A stretch of 63,997 nt of DNA, filler included, from Bonamia ostreae (lineage: Eukaryota): assembly GCA_040357525.1 (NCBI GenBank). It is 11 parts of 11 records of this genome, joined end to end, with 100 filler letters (N's around TTAATTAATTAA, not from the genome) between each part and the next. Parts side by side here need not be neighbours in the genome. Positions count along the whole stretch, not along the records: positions 1 to 5,839 come from JBDODL010000161.1; positions 5,940 to 11,762 come from JBDODL010000162.1; 9 more parts are not named here. The stretch is one strand, 5' to 3'. The notes beneath the pieces are model-generated. The model was not told the DNA's origin. It did not search any database and saw nothing but the letters and a program-made list of their open reading frames with translations. The translations under genes and the position numbers were made by a program. How positions within the stretch are numbered: the first letter of the stretch is position 1; each line of letters starts with the position of its first letter. Below, in pieces: positions 1-11,862 of this stretch.

Positions 1-323
1 CTTTTGGATAAATAAAAAATTGAACCAAAATTAAATATCGTAAAAATTAACTATCTAAAATAGAATCAAAACTTCTCTGTTCTTTTATTGCATAAAAAAA
101 GAAAAAGAAATAAAATCTGCTCTGTTCTTTTGATGAATAAAAACAGGCATACACATCGTAATGGTTTCTGTTACTATATACAATGCAAACTAATGTTTTT
201 GATATTTTGTTTATTTGTTTTGATATTTTAAAATCTATTTTTTAACAAAAAAATCGATTTGAAAAATCTTATCTAGAAATGACATAAAATGAAATGTAAA
301 GTTGATAAAAAATTTAGGACAAT

Positions 324-3300
324 TTATTGGTTCCCAGCTATCAATTTTTCGTATTTCATCTTCATCATCGCCACATGAGACACCGGTTGTTTCTTTGTAA
401 TCAGAGACGATTCATCTAGTTTTTCAAAACCTTTAACTTTAGTCTCTTTATGAATTGGCGAAGTAAATTGCAGCCTCTTTGCTTTGATTTTATCATTAAG
501 GTCTTCTCTTGATGTTCTTTGCGCGTCTTTCGATTTGTTCCTCCCCTTTCTCGGCGAAAAAAATCGTCCCAAACCCTCCAAAACAGAACTTCTGAAAGTT
601 TTTTTGACCGAATTGCGTTTTGTGTTCGTCTTTATGAGTTCCGGTTGAGCGCTTTCAACTCTTACAATGTTCAATTCTGCTCTGATACCTCCCTTCTCAA
701 ATCTAGTTTGCAAAGCCAATTTCGTGTTGTGTTTATGAATGGTGACGCGGATGAATGTCTGCAACGTGTCCACTGCTTCTTTTTCACAGTTTTTTTCGAA
801 TTTCTTTAATTTTTCCATGCCCTCTTTTTTGCAGAAAAGTCTGTTTCGTCCGATCAACGCCTTTTTGTTGTAAAGTTTTTAAAGGTTCTTTTGATTTTAT
901 AGCAAGTTTAATGTTCTGTGTAATTTCAAATTTAAACATCAAATCCAATTTTGGACACCAAAAGCTCAACAGCGTCTTTATCCGACTTCTCTTCTTTAAC
1001 TAGAAATCCAAATTTCTTTACAAAGTCTTTTATTTCGTAGTGATGGCAATATCCTTTTCTTCGATTCTCCAGATGATCAAATATTCCCGTGTTTCCAAGC
1101 TGCTTCAATACATATCCGTCTTCAAACTTTTCTGGATGGGACTTCTTATTGCTTTTTATACATTTCACATAACTAATTTTTGTTTTCTGAAGCATTTTTA
1201 TTAGTCTCTCAATACGGTAACGGAATTTCTTGCTGACAGAACTGTTTCTTCTCTATTTTTGGATTAATTTTTGATATCAATTTTTGGAAGTTCTTTTTAA
1301 AACAAAACATTCGATCGAAGGATTTGGTCAGAAACGACTTCCTTTAAAAAAGCCCATTCCGATTCGGCAACAATTGTTTCAAAATTAGCGCTAATTTTGT
1401 TCTTGTTTTTAACTATCATTCCTTCAAAGTTATATTCGACTGGTTCTGTGAAGTGCTCAATGACAATACTATTCATCCTAGATTTCTTTAGACGGAAAAA
1501 TGGCAGTTTTTTGAAGTTTTCTTCGATTTTTATTTGCAGCGAATTGTCGCTCGTTACTCCAAGCGAAATACTCTCTTCAAAAGAATTGAAAAATCCCCGA
1601 GGGCCATCCAAAGCTTCGATTGCTCTCGAGTTGGCATCATTTAAGTTTATTTTGGCTTCTTCCAGAATGCTTTCCTCACACTGAAACTGTTCTTCGTTGT
1701 GCAACATGTCTTTTTTGAAAATAAGGTGCAGTTTTTCGCTGACAAAATTGGCGCAGAGTTGTTCAAAAGAATTTCTAGATAAGTTTTCGAAACCGAAAAA
1801 GTCTAAAAAGTTCACTTGAAGTTCTTCTTTACTACTTTTCAACTTTGGTTCGCGACTTAAGGACTTATTTCTTGTGCCAGAATTCTCATTTAAAGTAGAT
1901 TTCTCGTCGTTCTCATTCATCATGTTACGGTTGCAGCTGTTTATTGAGTTGATATCGTCTTTAATAAAGTCTCGCGAAGTCCGGGGATTGCAGTTTGTTT
2001 GATTTTTTATATGCAAAAAAGAATTGGTTTTGGCGACAATCCATCCGAACAGAGTTTTGTAAAGGAATTGATTAATGAAGTCTCTGTTTTCTTTGGCTTC
2101 TTTGGACGCCAAAGGACTACAAAAACTTTCTCTTTTGGCGACAACGATCGTTTTCTCTGAGAGACAGGTCTGCAGATTTTTTGGATCAATCTTAAGAAAT
2201 TTGGCCAAATTTTGGATTTTAGCCATTTCTTCTTTGCTCTTGGAAAAATTTAAGTTTCCGAGCAAAAGAATGCAAGAAACGAGCTTGAAGACGTTTTCAA
2301 TTTCAGATTGAGTGAATCCGATTGATTCCATCGAATTTAATAAAATGTCGAAATTTAAAGCGTCATCTTCGATGAAACTGTTTTTGAGATCTTTGAGATA
2401 GTTGAAATTATATGGGTTTTTAGCTCCGAAAAGTTTTTCTTTCTGTTTTTTTTAGAATTTTTAAAGTTATAAATACTTTTAAAGAATTTTTGTTGTGGCT
2501 GCAAAAATGTTTTTAGGCAACAAGAATTAAAATCGTGACCACTAAAATGTCTGCTAAAATTTGACTAAAATATTATTAAAAACAATAAAATTAAAAAAAA
2601 AACTAAATTAGAAAGACGCGAAGAAGCCAAAAACTCATAAAACAGGTTAAAATTGCGTTCTTCTTGCGGATTGTCCCTCAAAGTCAAACGATTCGTTTCC
2701 AGAAGATAAACTTCGATTTCAGCCGACGACATTTCTTCATCCGAATCAAGAAATATTTTTGTAAATTTGCCGAAACGACTGGAACTGGCATTTAGCGACG
2801 TTTTGGCGTTTCCAAACGATTCAAAAATTGGAATGTTCTTTTCTATTTGTTTTCCAAGCGAATTCGAATCTTTTGATTTGCTTAAAAAGTATTTCAAGCA
2901 ACAATCGGCCATAAAAGTTTTTCCCGAACCACTTTCTCCACTTTTTATCAAAAATTGTTTTGTTGCTTCGATTCATTTTATAGACAATAAATAATAAAAT
3001 AGTATTTTTATCGAAAAAATTTGTTGCTACAAACAACAGATTGGTTTTTAAACACGGAAACCTAAAAATAATAGATTGATTCTGCCCTTTGCTCAACTTT
3101 TCGTACACATTAAGCGCTAACTTATTAATATGAGCCCTCTTTTCAGTCGAGTAATTTTTCGCATCTGTCTCGTTATCGTAGAATTTGAAGGGGTTTACTG
3201 AAATTAACACAGACGCAAATTCCATCTTTCGAAAAATTATTAAATTATTTTCTTTTCCCACTAAAAAGAGGTTAAAAATATTATCGAAATACTTATAAAA

Positions 3301-5066
3301 ACATATGTTTGTCTTCGCTTAAATTCATCTCTGAGATCTTCGAGAACAGCTATTTTATTTAACTTGTCTATTTCCATCAAATCTTCGCTTTTTTTATTTG
3401 CTTTGTTTTTCTTTCCGAAAACGATTTTTGATTTTTGCTTTTGGTCAATTCTGGCATACTCACTGATATTTTGAGAGTAATCTGACATGAGACTTTGAAC
3501 GACATTTAAGTAATAAAATAAAGTTTGTTTTTCTAACACCGAAAAGGGGAATTCAACTAAGAGAGGAGTGAAAATAGTGCTTAAATTTTTTATGCCCATT
3601 TTGTTGATTTTGCTGTTTTGACTAACGCGGTTCGTCAGGTCTAAAAAGGATTTGAGAACTATTCTTTTTCGTCCCTTTTAATTTTTGGTGACATGTAAAT
3701 ATTAATAAGCTGAATGTTATTGTTATTGATGACAATTTTTTTCAAATTACGAAATAATATTTTTTTAATCTTGCAAAGACAATTCGTACAGTTTGAACAG
3801 ATTTTAAAGAAAAACAGTAACAGATTCGTACAATTTTCGAATTTCGGTTTTATCTTTGGTGTCAATGTCGAAAGGTATAGAATATTGAGGGAAAATTTTT
3901 TGCATTTTCTCGATTTCCGATGAAAAGGATAAATTGCCTAACCAAAATTTTATGCAACTGGCTACTAATTTGCAAGTCAAGTTTCCTGTGTTTTGTACTC
4001 CCATTTGTTCGTAAAAATGTACCAAGTCTTTTAATTGGAATGAATTTGGAGATGTTCGGAAAATTCCAACCTTTTTTAATTAATAAAACGATTGAAATGT
4101 TAAATCGCAAAAATTAAATTTTTTCAAATAAAACTGGATAAACGGTAAAAATCAAGTTTTGGAATTAAAACAAAGTTATTTTAGAACAATTACAAAAAAT
4201 GACATCTAGATTTCGATCAAAACCACAAAACCAAAAAATTACAGAAATACAAAATGCAAAAATGAGACTAAAAATGGAATAAATTTTCTCTAAAATACCT
4301 CGCATTCGCATTTTAACTCGAAAAAAAGGTGTTTTAGTTTTTCAAATTGATCAACATCGATTTGTTCAGAACGGAAAAATTCCAAAATCAAATTTTGTAT
4401 AAATAATGCCACTTTGTTCGCATTCAGTATAAAATCGATTTTGTTTTTAAATGTTTTCAGACATTTTACGAGAGATTTTGATATTTTTCCCGCCATTTTC
4501 TTTACGTTTCTGTTCGGAAAGTTTTTGAGAACTTTGCAGCACATTGACATTAATTTACTTAATATGTCTTTGTTGCTCGTCTAATTTTTTAAATTGTATC
4601 ACTATCTTAGCAAAATTTTTAAACAAATTTAAATTATTGTTGTTCAGCAATTTTTAAACTGTGCTGGATTCAAAAGTTTTGGATATATCCTCTTCAGGGA
4701 GCAGAAAAAATTCTGGAGAGAAGAAGTCAAAACACTTTTGATCTTGTTTCATTAACACAAATTTGGCCATGTTTGCCAAGAAAACAGGATCAATCACGTT
4801 CTCGAAAGTTTCGCCGTCTCTTTGAATTTTCGTATAATAAAATTCCATTTGTCTTGTGTCCATTCTTTCCAAAAATGCTTTTTTCTTTAATTGAAAATTT
4901 TTTATTTTCGTAATCATCACATAAAATATTAAAGTTTCACCACTTCATCTCCATTTAGTTTGACGAATTGCTTTTGGATTAGTGTCAAGATACGTTTTGT
5001 GTTTTCAAATGCGGTAGAATTTTCATTCGAAAACTCTAAATCTTTGGCGAAAGTTTTGTTATCCAT
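324..5066 (-). CDS. Multi-exon RhoGAP-myosin fusion (N-terminal RhoGAP domain, myosin motor, one IQ-like motif, short tail)
   Basis: GT-AG splicing links ORFs 4654-4920, 4290-4550, VGIFRTS (RhoGAP Arg finger, ~4056), 3804-4025 and 3261-3599 (NKMGIKNLSTIFTP followed by EDLMEIDKLNKIAVLEDL). Motor motifs follow: LISVNPFK, GESGSGKT, FGNAKT..NASSSRFGK, DFFGFE, NSFEQLCAN, YVKCIK, IGRNRLF. Confidence 0.85.
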
Positions 5067-5229
5067 CACGCCGATTGGTTTGTACAATATTGTTTTAACG
5101 CTTATTTAGTTTTATTATTTGATTAAGGCGTTTGTATAATATTTTAAGTGTTTTTAATTAAATAACGATAGCGGTATGTTTTACTTAAATAACGAAGCGG
5201 TCAAATTTAACACTTGCGTAAAAAATTAA

Positions 5230-5839
5230 GGTAAAAGTGGATAATATCCCCTAAACCAACCCTTATGGATTTATAAAATTATAAATGGCCATTTTTCATA
5301 AAAATTATAGGAATTTAGAATATAATATGAACAAATTATTGACAATAATTTTATAAAAAATATTTTACAAATATTTACAAATGAGATTAAATTTGGATGA
5401 AATATTGGCCGGATGATGATCTACAAATTTGTCGCAGAAGAATAAAATCTGGTCGATTTTTTATACTTAATAACTTGGCAAAATCCATCAAATGCAAGAA
5501 TTCCAAAGAAAACATGGATTTGTATAAATCAGTTAAAACCATTGATGAGTTTATCTGGAAATGCAAGAAAAAGAGATGTGGAAAACAACAATAAGTATCA
5601 GAATTTTTTATGCAACAAAAGAACAGAGAAGTTTTGATTCTATTTAATTTTGGCTATTTTTTATTTATACAAAAGAAATCTTTTGAAAGAAGCTCCTTGT
5701 GCGATTAAAATTTATTTTTGTTTTTAGATCACTGCTATGGACAAATTTAATCTCATTTGTAAATATTTGTAAAATATTTTTTATAAAAAAATTGCAATAT
5801 AATGATTATTGTCAATAATTTGTTCATATTGTATTCTAA
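5230..5839 (+). mobile_element. Internally deleted Merlin/ISXO2(IS1595)-like DNA transposon with inverted repeats
   Basis: Inverted repeat arms at 5315-5395 and 5742-5839 enclose ORF 5397-5594 (KCKNSKENMDLYK...DEFIWKCKKKRCGK, with TTISIR in the adjacent frame), resembling the N-terminal Zn-ribbon of Merlin transposases. The right end is cut by the contig end. Confidence 0.55.
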
Positions 5840-5939
5840 NNNNNNNNNNNNNNNNNNNNNNNNNNNNNNNNNNNNNNNNNNNNTTAATTAATTAANNNNN
5901 NNNNNNNNNNNNNNNNNNNNNNNNNNNNNNNNNNNNNNN
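5840..5939. other. Artificial contig linker (N-run/TTAATTAATTAA/N-run). The same core starts at 5884, 11807, 17701, 23594, 29474, 35353, 41223, 47081, 52919 and 58697
   Basis: Identical six-frame-stop palindrome flanked by Ns at ~5.8-kb spacing with slowly decreasing contig length. Separate 100-N scaffold gaps lie near 31327, 37153 and 51638. Confidence 0.98.
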
Positions 5940-6043
5940 ATTTTTTGCAAAACGTAAATAGAAAATGGAGTGATTTAATATTTTTGTAAAAATTTCTGTT
6001 TTCGCAATTTTTGGTATTTCCAAATAGCAAATTTTATCAATAT

Positions 6044-7369
6044 TTATACAATCAGTTCTGCAAAAATAAGGTCTGCCAAAGTAGAACATCTTTTCTTATC
6101 TACGCTTTTAAATTTCTTTCCAAGTGCTTCTTCAATTGCTTCAAAAGTCGTTTTTGTCATGTCCTTTACAGTTTTCTTTCTATCGCCAAATCCCCATTCG
6201 TCAATTCGCTTTCCTGTCTTATGAAGAAGGTCACAAAGCGTTTCCCACATGTCCAACATAACAACGACTTTTTTGGCAAAATCGTTTATGTTTTTTTCTA
6301 GATTTGGACAATAATCGTTTCCGCCCAATTTTATCAAATTTTTCTTGTTTTCTTCGCAAATTGCAAATTTTCGTATTGCTATTTTTCCAAACTTTTTTTG
6401 CAGTTGTTGTTATCAAAATTATGAAAAACGACAAATTTACAATGTTTTTTAAAAATTGTGCAAATTGAAAATTTTGAAAATATAACTGATACTTTAGATC
6501 GTTCCATGTCTCTCCACAAAACTCTCACAGTTTCAATTATCGCACCATATTTATCTGAAAAAACTGAATTTGGCATTATTACATTGTGCACTCCAGGTGA
6601 AAAACTGTTTGATTTATTCAGTACAATATTCGCTCCTTTCGCTAAGTTCTATTTTTACACAAAAAACTTTTAAATCGTTCAAATTAGAATTATTGTTAAT
6701 TGCTTCTACAATCTGTTCATTGTTAACAATGTCTAACAAAATGTACTTCAAAATTTTCAGATTTTTTTCTGTGATGTGATTTTTCATCAAATTGACGACT
6801 TTATCGGAAACTTCTTCGCGCACTGTGAAGAAGTGATTTAAAACGGATTGCAGTCGTTCCTGGTCGTTTGAAACTATATATTTTTCGATCATTATAATGC
6901 TATTTGCATATTCCTCTAAAGGGTGTTGGAGTACTTTTGCTTCCGATATTGATATTTTTTTCTATTTCATAAAAATTTTTGCGCTTAAAAATCACAAAAA
7001 AAATAATTTAAAAATATTTTGTGAAGATTTTAAAAGATTTTTTTGACAATTCAATAAAATCAATAACAAAAATTCAATAAAATCGAAATTACAAAATTTT
7101 GTAATAAAAATTTCTGAAAACCGCATCAAAAAGAATTCCAGCTTTTACTGAAAACTTGTACACATTTTTTTCAAACTTTTTTGTATCCTTTTCACCCAAA
7201 ATGCTTTCCAAAATATTCAAAAGAGACTTTAACATGTCATATCCCTCTTTTCCAAGATATTTTTTAATTATCTTTTACTTGACCAAAAAATAACTGCTTT
7301 TCCAGGCTTTGACTTTGCAAATTTGGTTCCGACATTCTTTTTAGCTCTTAATAAAGTCGATTGTTTCAT
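6044..7369 (-). CDS. TNFAIP8/TIPE (DUF758)-like protein with C-terminal extension, paralog A (spliced)
   Basis: N-terminus MKQSTLLRAKKNVGTKFAKSKPGKA|IIKKYLGKEGYDMLKSL...KVYKFSVKAGILFD resembles the TNFAIP8 helical bundle. It is colinear with paralog B. Confidence 0.65.
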
Positions 7370-7835
7370 TAAAAAATTTCTGGCTACTTTTCTAATACGT
7401 TTTCTATTTTATTCCGTCTTTTTTAACATTTTATAATATTTTATAAATGTTTGAAAAGTCTTTGTTCACGGCGCTTTTTTGTTTATTAACGAAATATTTA
7501 TTTTAGTAAAAACAAAAATTAACCGAAAAGAGAAAATAGCTGAAAAATTACCAGAAAATTTTTTACAATGGCAAATGTTATTTTAATTTTTGTCAAACTG
7601 ACAATATGTTGCAATTTAAAAGTTATATAAAAGTTACAATTCTGAAAAATCATTGAATTTGTAGATAAAAGTTATATAAAAGAATAAGTTTAAATATGCA
7701 GAAAAATTGCTCAAATAATTAAAAAGAAAATCGAAACATAAATTAGTGCTATTAAAAAATATTATTTACAGTATTCGAAAGGATAAAATTTGAAGTCGCT
7801 TTGTATAGGATAAATGTATCAGGATTTAATAGCAA

Positions 7836-9263
7836 TCACAACAACTCTTTGACAATCAAATCACCAATTATCTGACACCGTTTGTAGTCAACAGTTTTAA
7901 AATTGAGAGTACTTTTTTGTAAAGTATCCAAAACAGAGATTTCTATTTCTTTCAATATCTTCTCTTTATTATTTTTAAATCCATATTCTACAGACCAATC
8001 GGATATTTTTTCTCCCGTTTTTGCTAAATCTAGACACAAAGTTTCCCAAATGTCAAGCGATTTTATACATTTATCAATAAAATCGAACATTTCCTTCTGT
8101 TGTAGCTGAAAATTGTTACCTTTTGGTAACTTTTCAAGGATTTTAGTGTATTCTGATTTATTTTCCAAAAAATTTTCGCAAATTTTGCTTGATATATTCT
8201 GCTTTTTAACAGAAAACATGATAAATTTTGTATGTATTCAATAATAAGAAAACATTGTTTTTAGCTCTTCTCCAGATATCTTTGACAGCCAAAATAACAG
8301 CACTGTACTTGTCACTGAAGACAGAGTTCGACATTATGACTTTATGCACTCCAGGAGAAAAAGTGTCTGATTGTTCTAATAATCTAATCGTTCCTTTTCG
8401 AAGTACCTTTTTAAAATTTTATTGTTACAGTTTTTGGCTACTAATTATAGAACAATACAAATGCCTCAATGTCATCTTTGTTGCTTTTGGTTTCCAGAAT
8501 TTGTTTAAATTGTGATTTGTCGATTATTCCAGAAATTAATTCGTTCAGAATTTTTAAATTTTTGTCCGTCATATTCCCTTTCATCAAATCTAATATTTTT
8601 TCTGCTATTTCTTGTCTCTTAACAAAAAAATAATCAATGTCTTCAGTGATTATTCTTTCTTCGACGTTTTTATTGACGTGGTTTAATAACACTGCGATTG
8701 TGTTGGTGTATTCCTGTAATGGATGGGACAATGCTTTAATTTTTTCTGGGGATAGTTTTTTCTTTTAGAATATGTAGATTTAGATGATCAATTTTTATAA
8801 AAATTATCGATTTTATTGAATGTGTAGATTGAAATTATCAATTTTTATAGAATATGTATATTTAGATGATCAATTTTTATAAAAATTATCGATTTTATTG
8901 AATGTGTAGATTGAAATTATCAATTTTTATAGAATATGTAGATTTAGATGATCAATTTTTATAAAAATATCATTTTTATTGAATGTGTAGATTGAAATTA
9001 TCAATTTTATAGAATATGTAGATAAAAAATAGTTAAAATACAGCGTCATAAAGCATCGCAGCTTTGATAGAAAATTTGTAAACATTCTTTTTAAAATTTT
9101 TAGCGATCTTTTTGGAAGTCACGCTTTGAATTAATCTACATAAAGATTTAAGCATTTGATATCCTTCGTTTCCGATATATTTTTTAATGATGGTTTCGCC
9201 TGGTTTCGACTTTGCGAATTTTGTCGCAATATTTTTCTTCGCTTTGAAAAGAGATTTGTCCAT
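7836..9263 (-). CDS. TNFAIP8/TIPE (DUF758)-like protein with C-terminal extension, paralog B (spliced)
   Basis: MDKSLFKAKKNIATKFAKSKPG...KNVYKFSIKAAMLYD. Shares HPL.EY, VIM.NSVFSDKY and D.WETLC blocks with paralog A. Confidence 0.65.
8767..9022. repeat. Intronic tandem repeat, ~80-bp unit, ~3 copies
   Basis: Repeated TAGAATATGTAGATTTAGATGATCAATTTTTATAAAAA...TGAATGTGTAGATTGAAATTATCAATTTT inside the first intron of paralog B. Confidence 0.9.
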
Positions 9264-9496
9264 TATTTAAATTGAAAATAATTTGTAACCACAAATTTGT
9301 TAAAAATATTTATTAAAAATATTATTATAAATTGAAAAAATTGTTTGTCAACAATGATTATTAAAAATTCAATAATTCAATACGGGAAAATAAAATTGGT
9401 TCAAAAGGATCTCCATTCGCCCTCGAAAAGTCTTAAAAAAATTTGCTTAAAAAGCAATTTTTATGTTTTAATGAAAAAACTACGAGATTTAATTTA

Positions 9497-9841
9497 TTAG
9501 TCATTCAAAATGTCTATCACGTCAAAATATTCATTAATCGTTTCTCCTAAACTTGTTTCCATCAGAAAATCGTCTTTGTCTCTGTCCCAATTGACTAAAT
9601 TGAGTGACTTCTTTGAAGCCGAAAAATTGTTTTCTTTGACTAAAAAAGTTTTAGTTTTCAAGTTGTCGTTTAATTTGATTATTTTTCCTGTCAATTCTCT
9701 TCCATTATATGTTGTTTCATATTTCCCGTCTTCCTTGATTTGAGCCTCTTCAAAAACTGAGTTTTCGCCTTCCCGAAAATCCCCTTTGCGTTCAATTTTA
9801 AATGGTAATTTATGAACATAATCATCTCCGCTTATTTCCAT
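9497..9841 (-). CDS. RNASEH2C: Ribonuclease H2 subunit C
   Basis: VHKLPFKI..., YETTYNGRELTG (family motif FRGR.L.G) and NWDRD; 114 aa, intronless. Confidence 0.7.
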   Translation of the reverse strand: MEISGDDYVHKLPFKIERKGDFREGENSVFEEAQIKEDGKYETTYNGRELTGKIIKLNDNLKTKTFLVKENNFSASKKSLNLVNWDRDKDDFLMETSLGETINEYFDVIDILND

Positions 9842-9905
9842 TTTTAAAGGTAATTTACGGACTTGGTTAGGTTAAGCATCATATAATATCAACCGAGCTT
9901 AAAAA

Positions 9906-10261
9906 ATGGCGGAGCTTTATTGGTTTTTGATAATATTTATTCCTTTAATGCTTTATTGGTTTGCAGTTCCAAGGCAAAAACCGACATTTCTGAGAAATGT
10001 CCCCAAAAAATTATATTTTTCTCCCGGAACTACGTTCGAAGATCTCGCAAAGTTTCGATTTTTCAAAATAGGAGAAGGTGTGGTCGCGATAAATTGGATT
10101 ACGACAAAAGTGTTTTGGTTCTGAGGCAAATGTATCCAATGTTCAGACCTTCTGGAATCGAGAAAGTTTTGTTAAATTTCGACGGAAATATTGACAAAAC
10201 AATCGAATATCTTAAACAACTCAAATCGAGAGGGAAACCAGATAGTGCAAAAAATAAATAA
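9906..10261 (+). CDS. Membrane-anchored CUE-domain (ubiquitin-binding) protein
   Basis: N-terminal TM helix. A 20-nt intron (10052-10071) joins it to LRQMYPMFRPSGIEKVLLNFDGNIDKTIEYL, a CUE pattern. Confidence 0.65.
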
Positions 10262-10409
10262 TTTACCATTTTTTGAAATTTTTATTTTCTCTTAAAACTG
10301 AAAAAAATTAATCGATAAACTGAAAAACTACAATTTAAATCGAGATTGTAACAATTAAATTATTTGGGACAAAACAACAGAGCTTTTTTAATCGCTTTTT
10401 GCAGTTTTT

Positions 10410-10528
10410 ACAAAAAAACAGTTCAAAAGTTAATAAACTTAAAAACGACAACTTTTTGATATTTTACAAAAAAAAACAGTTTAAAAGTTAATAAACTTAA
10501 AAACGACAACTTTGCAGTTTTTACAAAA
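10410..10528. repeat. Intergenic tandem duplication (~60 bp, 2 copies)
   Basis: ACAGTT.AAAAGTTAATAAACTTAAAAACGACAACTTT occurs twice. Confidence 0.8.
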
Positions 10529-10662
10529 AGAATTTGGATAAAACAATTTCGGCAAAAATTTCCAAATTTTACTAATTTAAGCAATTGGCAAAGACAGAAT
10601 GCGCCATTTTTACAAATTTAGCCAATCCTAATTTCTAAACTATATTGAAACAACAAAACAAA

Positions 10663-11119
10663 ATGATCCAAAATTCGAGAAAATCTGAGCTCGCGATACC
10701 CAAAAGAAAACCTCTCCAAGCAGACGACCGCAAAATAGAACTGTTAAAAGAAGTTGGCAAAACTAATGTCATTACTTCAAGTACTCCTCTTTCGAAAAGA
10801 GGCGGTTTCTATTGCGAAAGTTGCGAATGTTTGCTCAGAGATTCTCACTCTTATTTGGACCATGTCAACGGCAAAAAACGTTCCATAGAAAATTTTTAAG
10901 ATCAGAAACTGCTCGGAATGCACATGCGCGTTCAAAAATCGAGTGTGGACCAAGTGCGAAAAAAATTAAAAGAACTTAAAAATCGAAAAATTGAAAAAAA
11001 AGAAGATGAAAGTTTTATAGAAATTGCGCCATTTTTAAAATTTAGCCGATATAATTCAAAAGATGGAAGCGGCAAGAATCAAAGAAGAGAAGAGAAAAAT
11101 CAAAAAACGGAAACGATGA
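10663..11119 (+). CDS. ZMAT2: U4/U6.U5 tri-snRNP zinc-finger protein Snu23/ZMAT2
   Basis: GGFYCESCECLLRDSHSYLDHVNGKKH|QKLLGMHMRVQKSSVDQV, with a 21-nt intron at 10880-10900 and a second intron near 11011-11046. Confidence 0.9.
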
Positions 11120-11238
11120 TTTTCCGCAATAAAACTCTTTTTTTCAATATATTTGAAATATTAAATTATGCGTAGAATTATTAAGCTCAAACGATTTTTA
11201 ACTATATTGAAATATTATATTTATAATCAGCTCAAAAA

Positions 11239-11762
11239 ATGACTTCTCTTTTCGACGAAAAAGCGTTGAAAAAGGAACAGCCGCAATTAAATGACGACGA
11301 TCCCGCTCGTTTCAAAGTTTAAGCTTTACGGACTTTAAAGTGATATAAAATAAAATGCCGTTATTAAAAAAATAGATTGTTAGTGAAATCGTCTCATCCG
11401 AGAAAAGATATGTCGAACAACTGAACGTTCTCAACTCTCTTTATATTGTTCCCATCGAAGCTTCCTTCGAAACTGAACCGATTTTGACAGAGTTTTGTCA
11501 AAATTTTATAATAAAAGAGATCAATCGGGGGTAATTTTTAATAATCTGACGGTGATCAAGCAACTCAATGGCATTTTCTTTTACAGTTTTTATTTGTGCA
11601 ATTTTAAATTATTTAAGAAATGAAAGAACGACTTGTTTCGTGGAACAAAAATTCACATATTGGAGATATCTTTATCGATTTTGTGCCTTATTTTAAAATG
11701 TATATGAGGTGCAAATAACAGATTAATGAGCAAATTGTCTAAATTTGCAAATCGGAAAATTA
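11239..11762 (+). CDS. Dbl-homology (RhoGEF) protein, 3' truncated by contig end
   Basis: Spliced: ARFK|IVSEIVSSEKRYVEQLNVLNSLYIVPI...IFNNLTVIKQLN...ERLVSW....IGDIFIDFVPYFKMY. Confidence 0.85.
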
Positions 11763-11862
11763 NNNNNNNNNNNNNNNNNNNNNNNNNNNNNNNNNNNNNN
11801 NNNNNNTTAATTAATTAANNNNNNNNNNNNNNNNNNNNNNNNNNNNNNNNNNNNNNNNNNNN

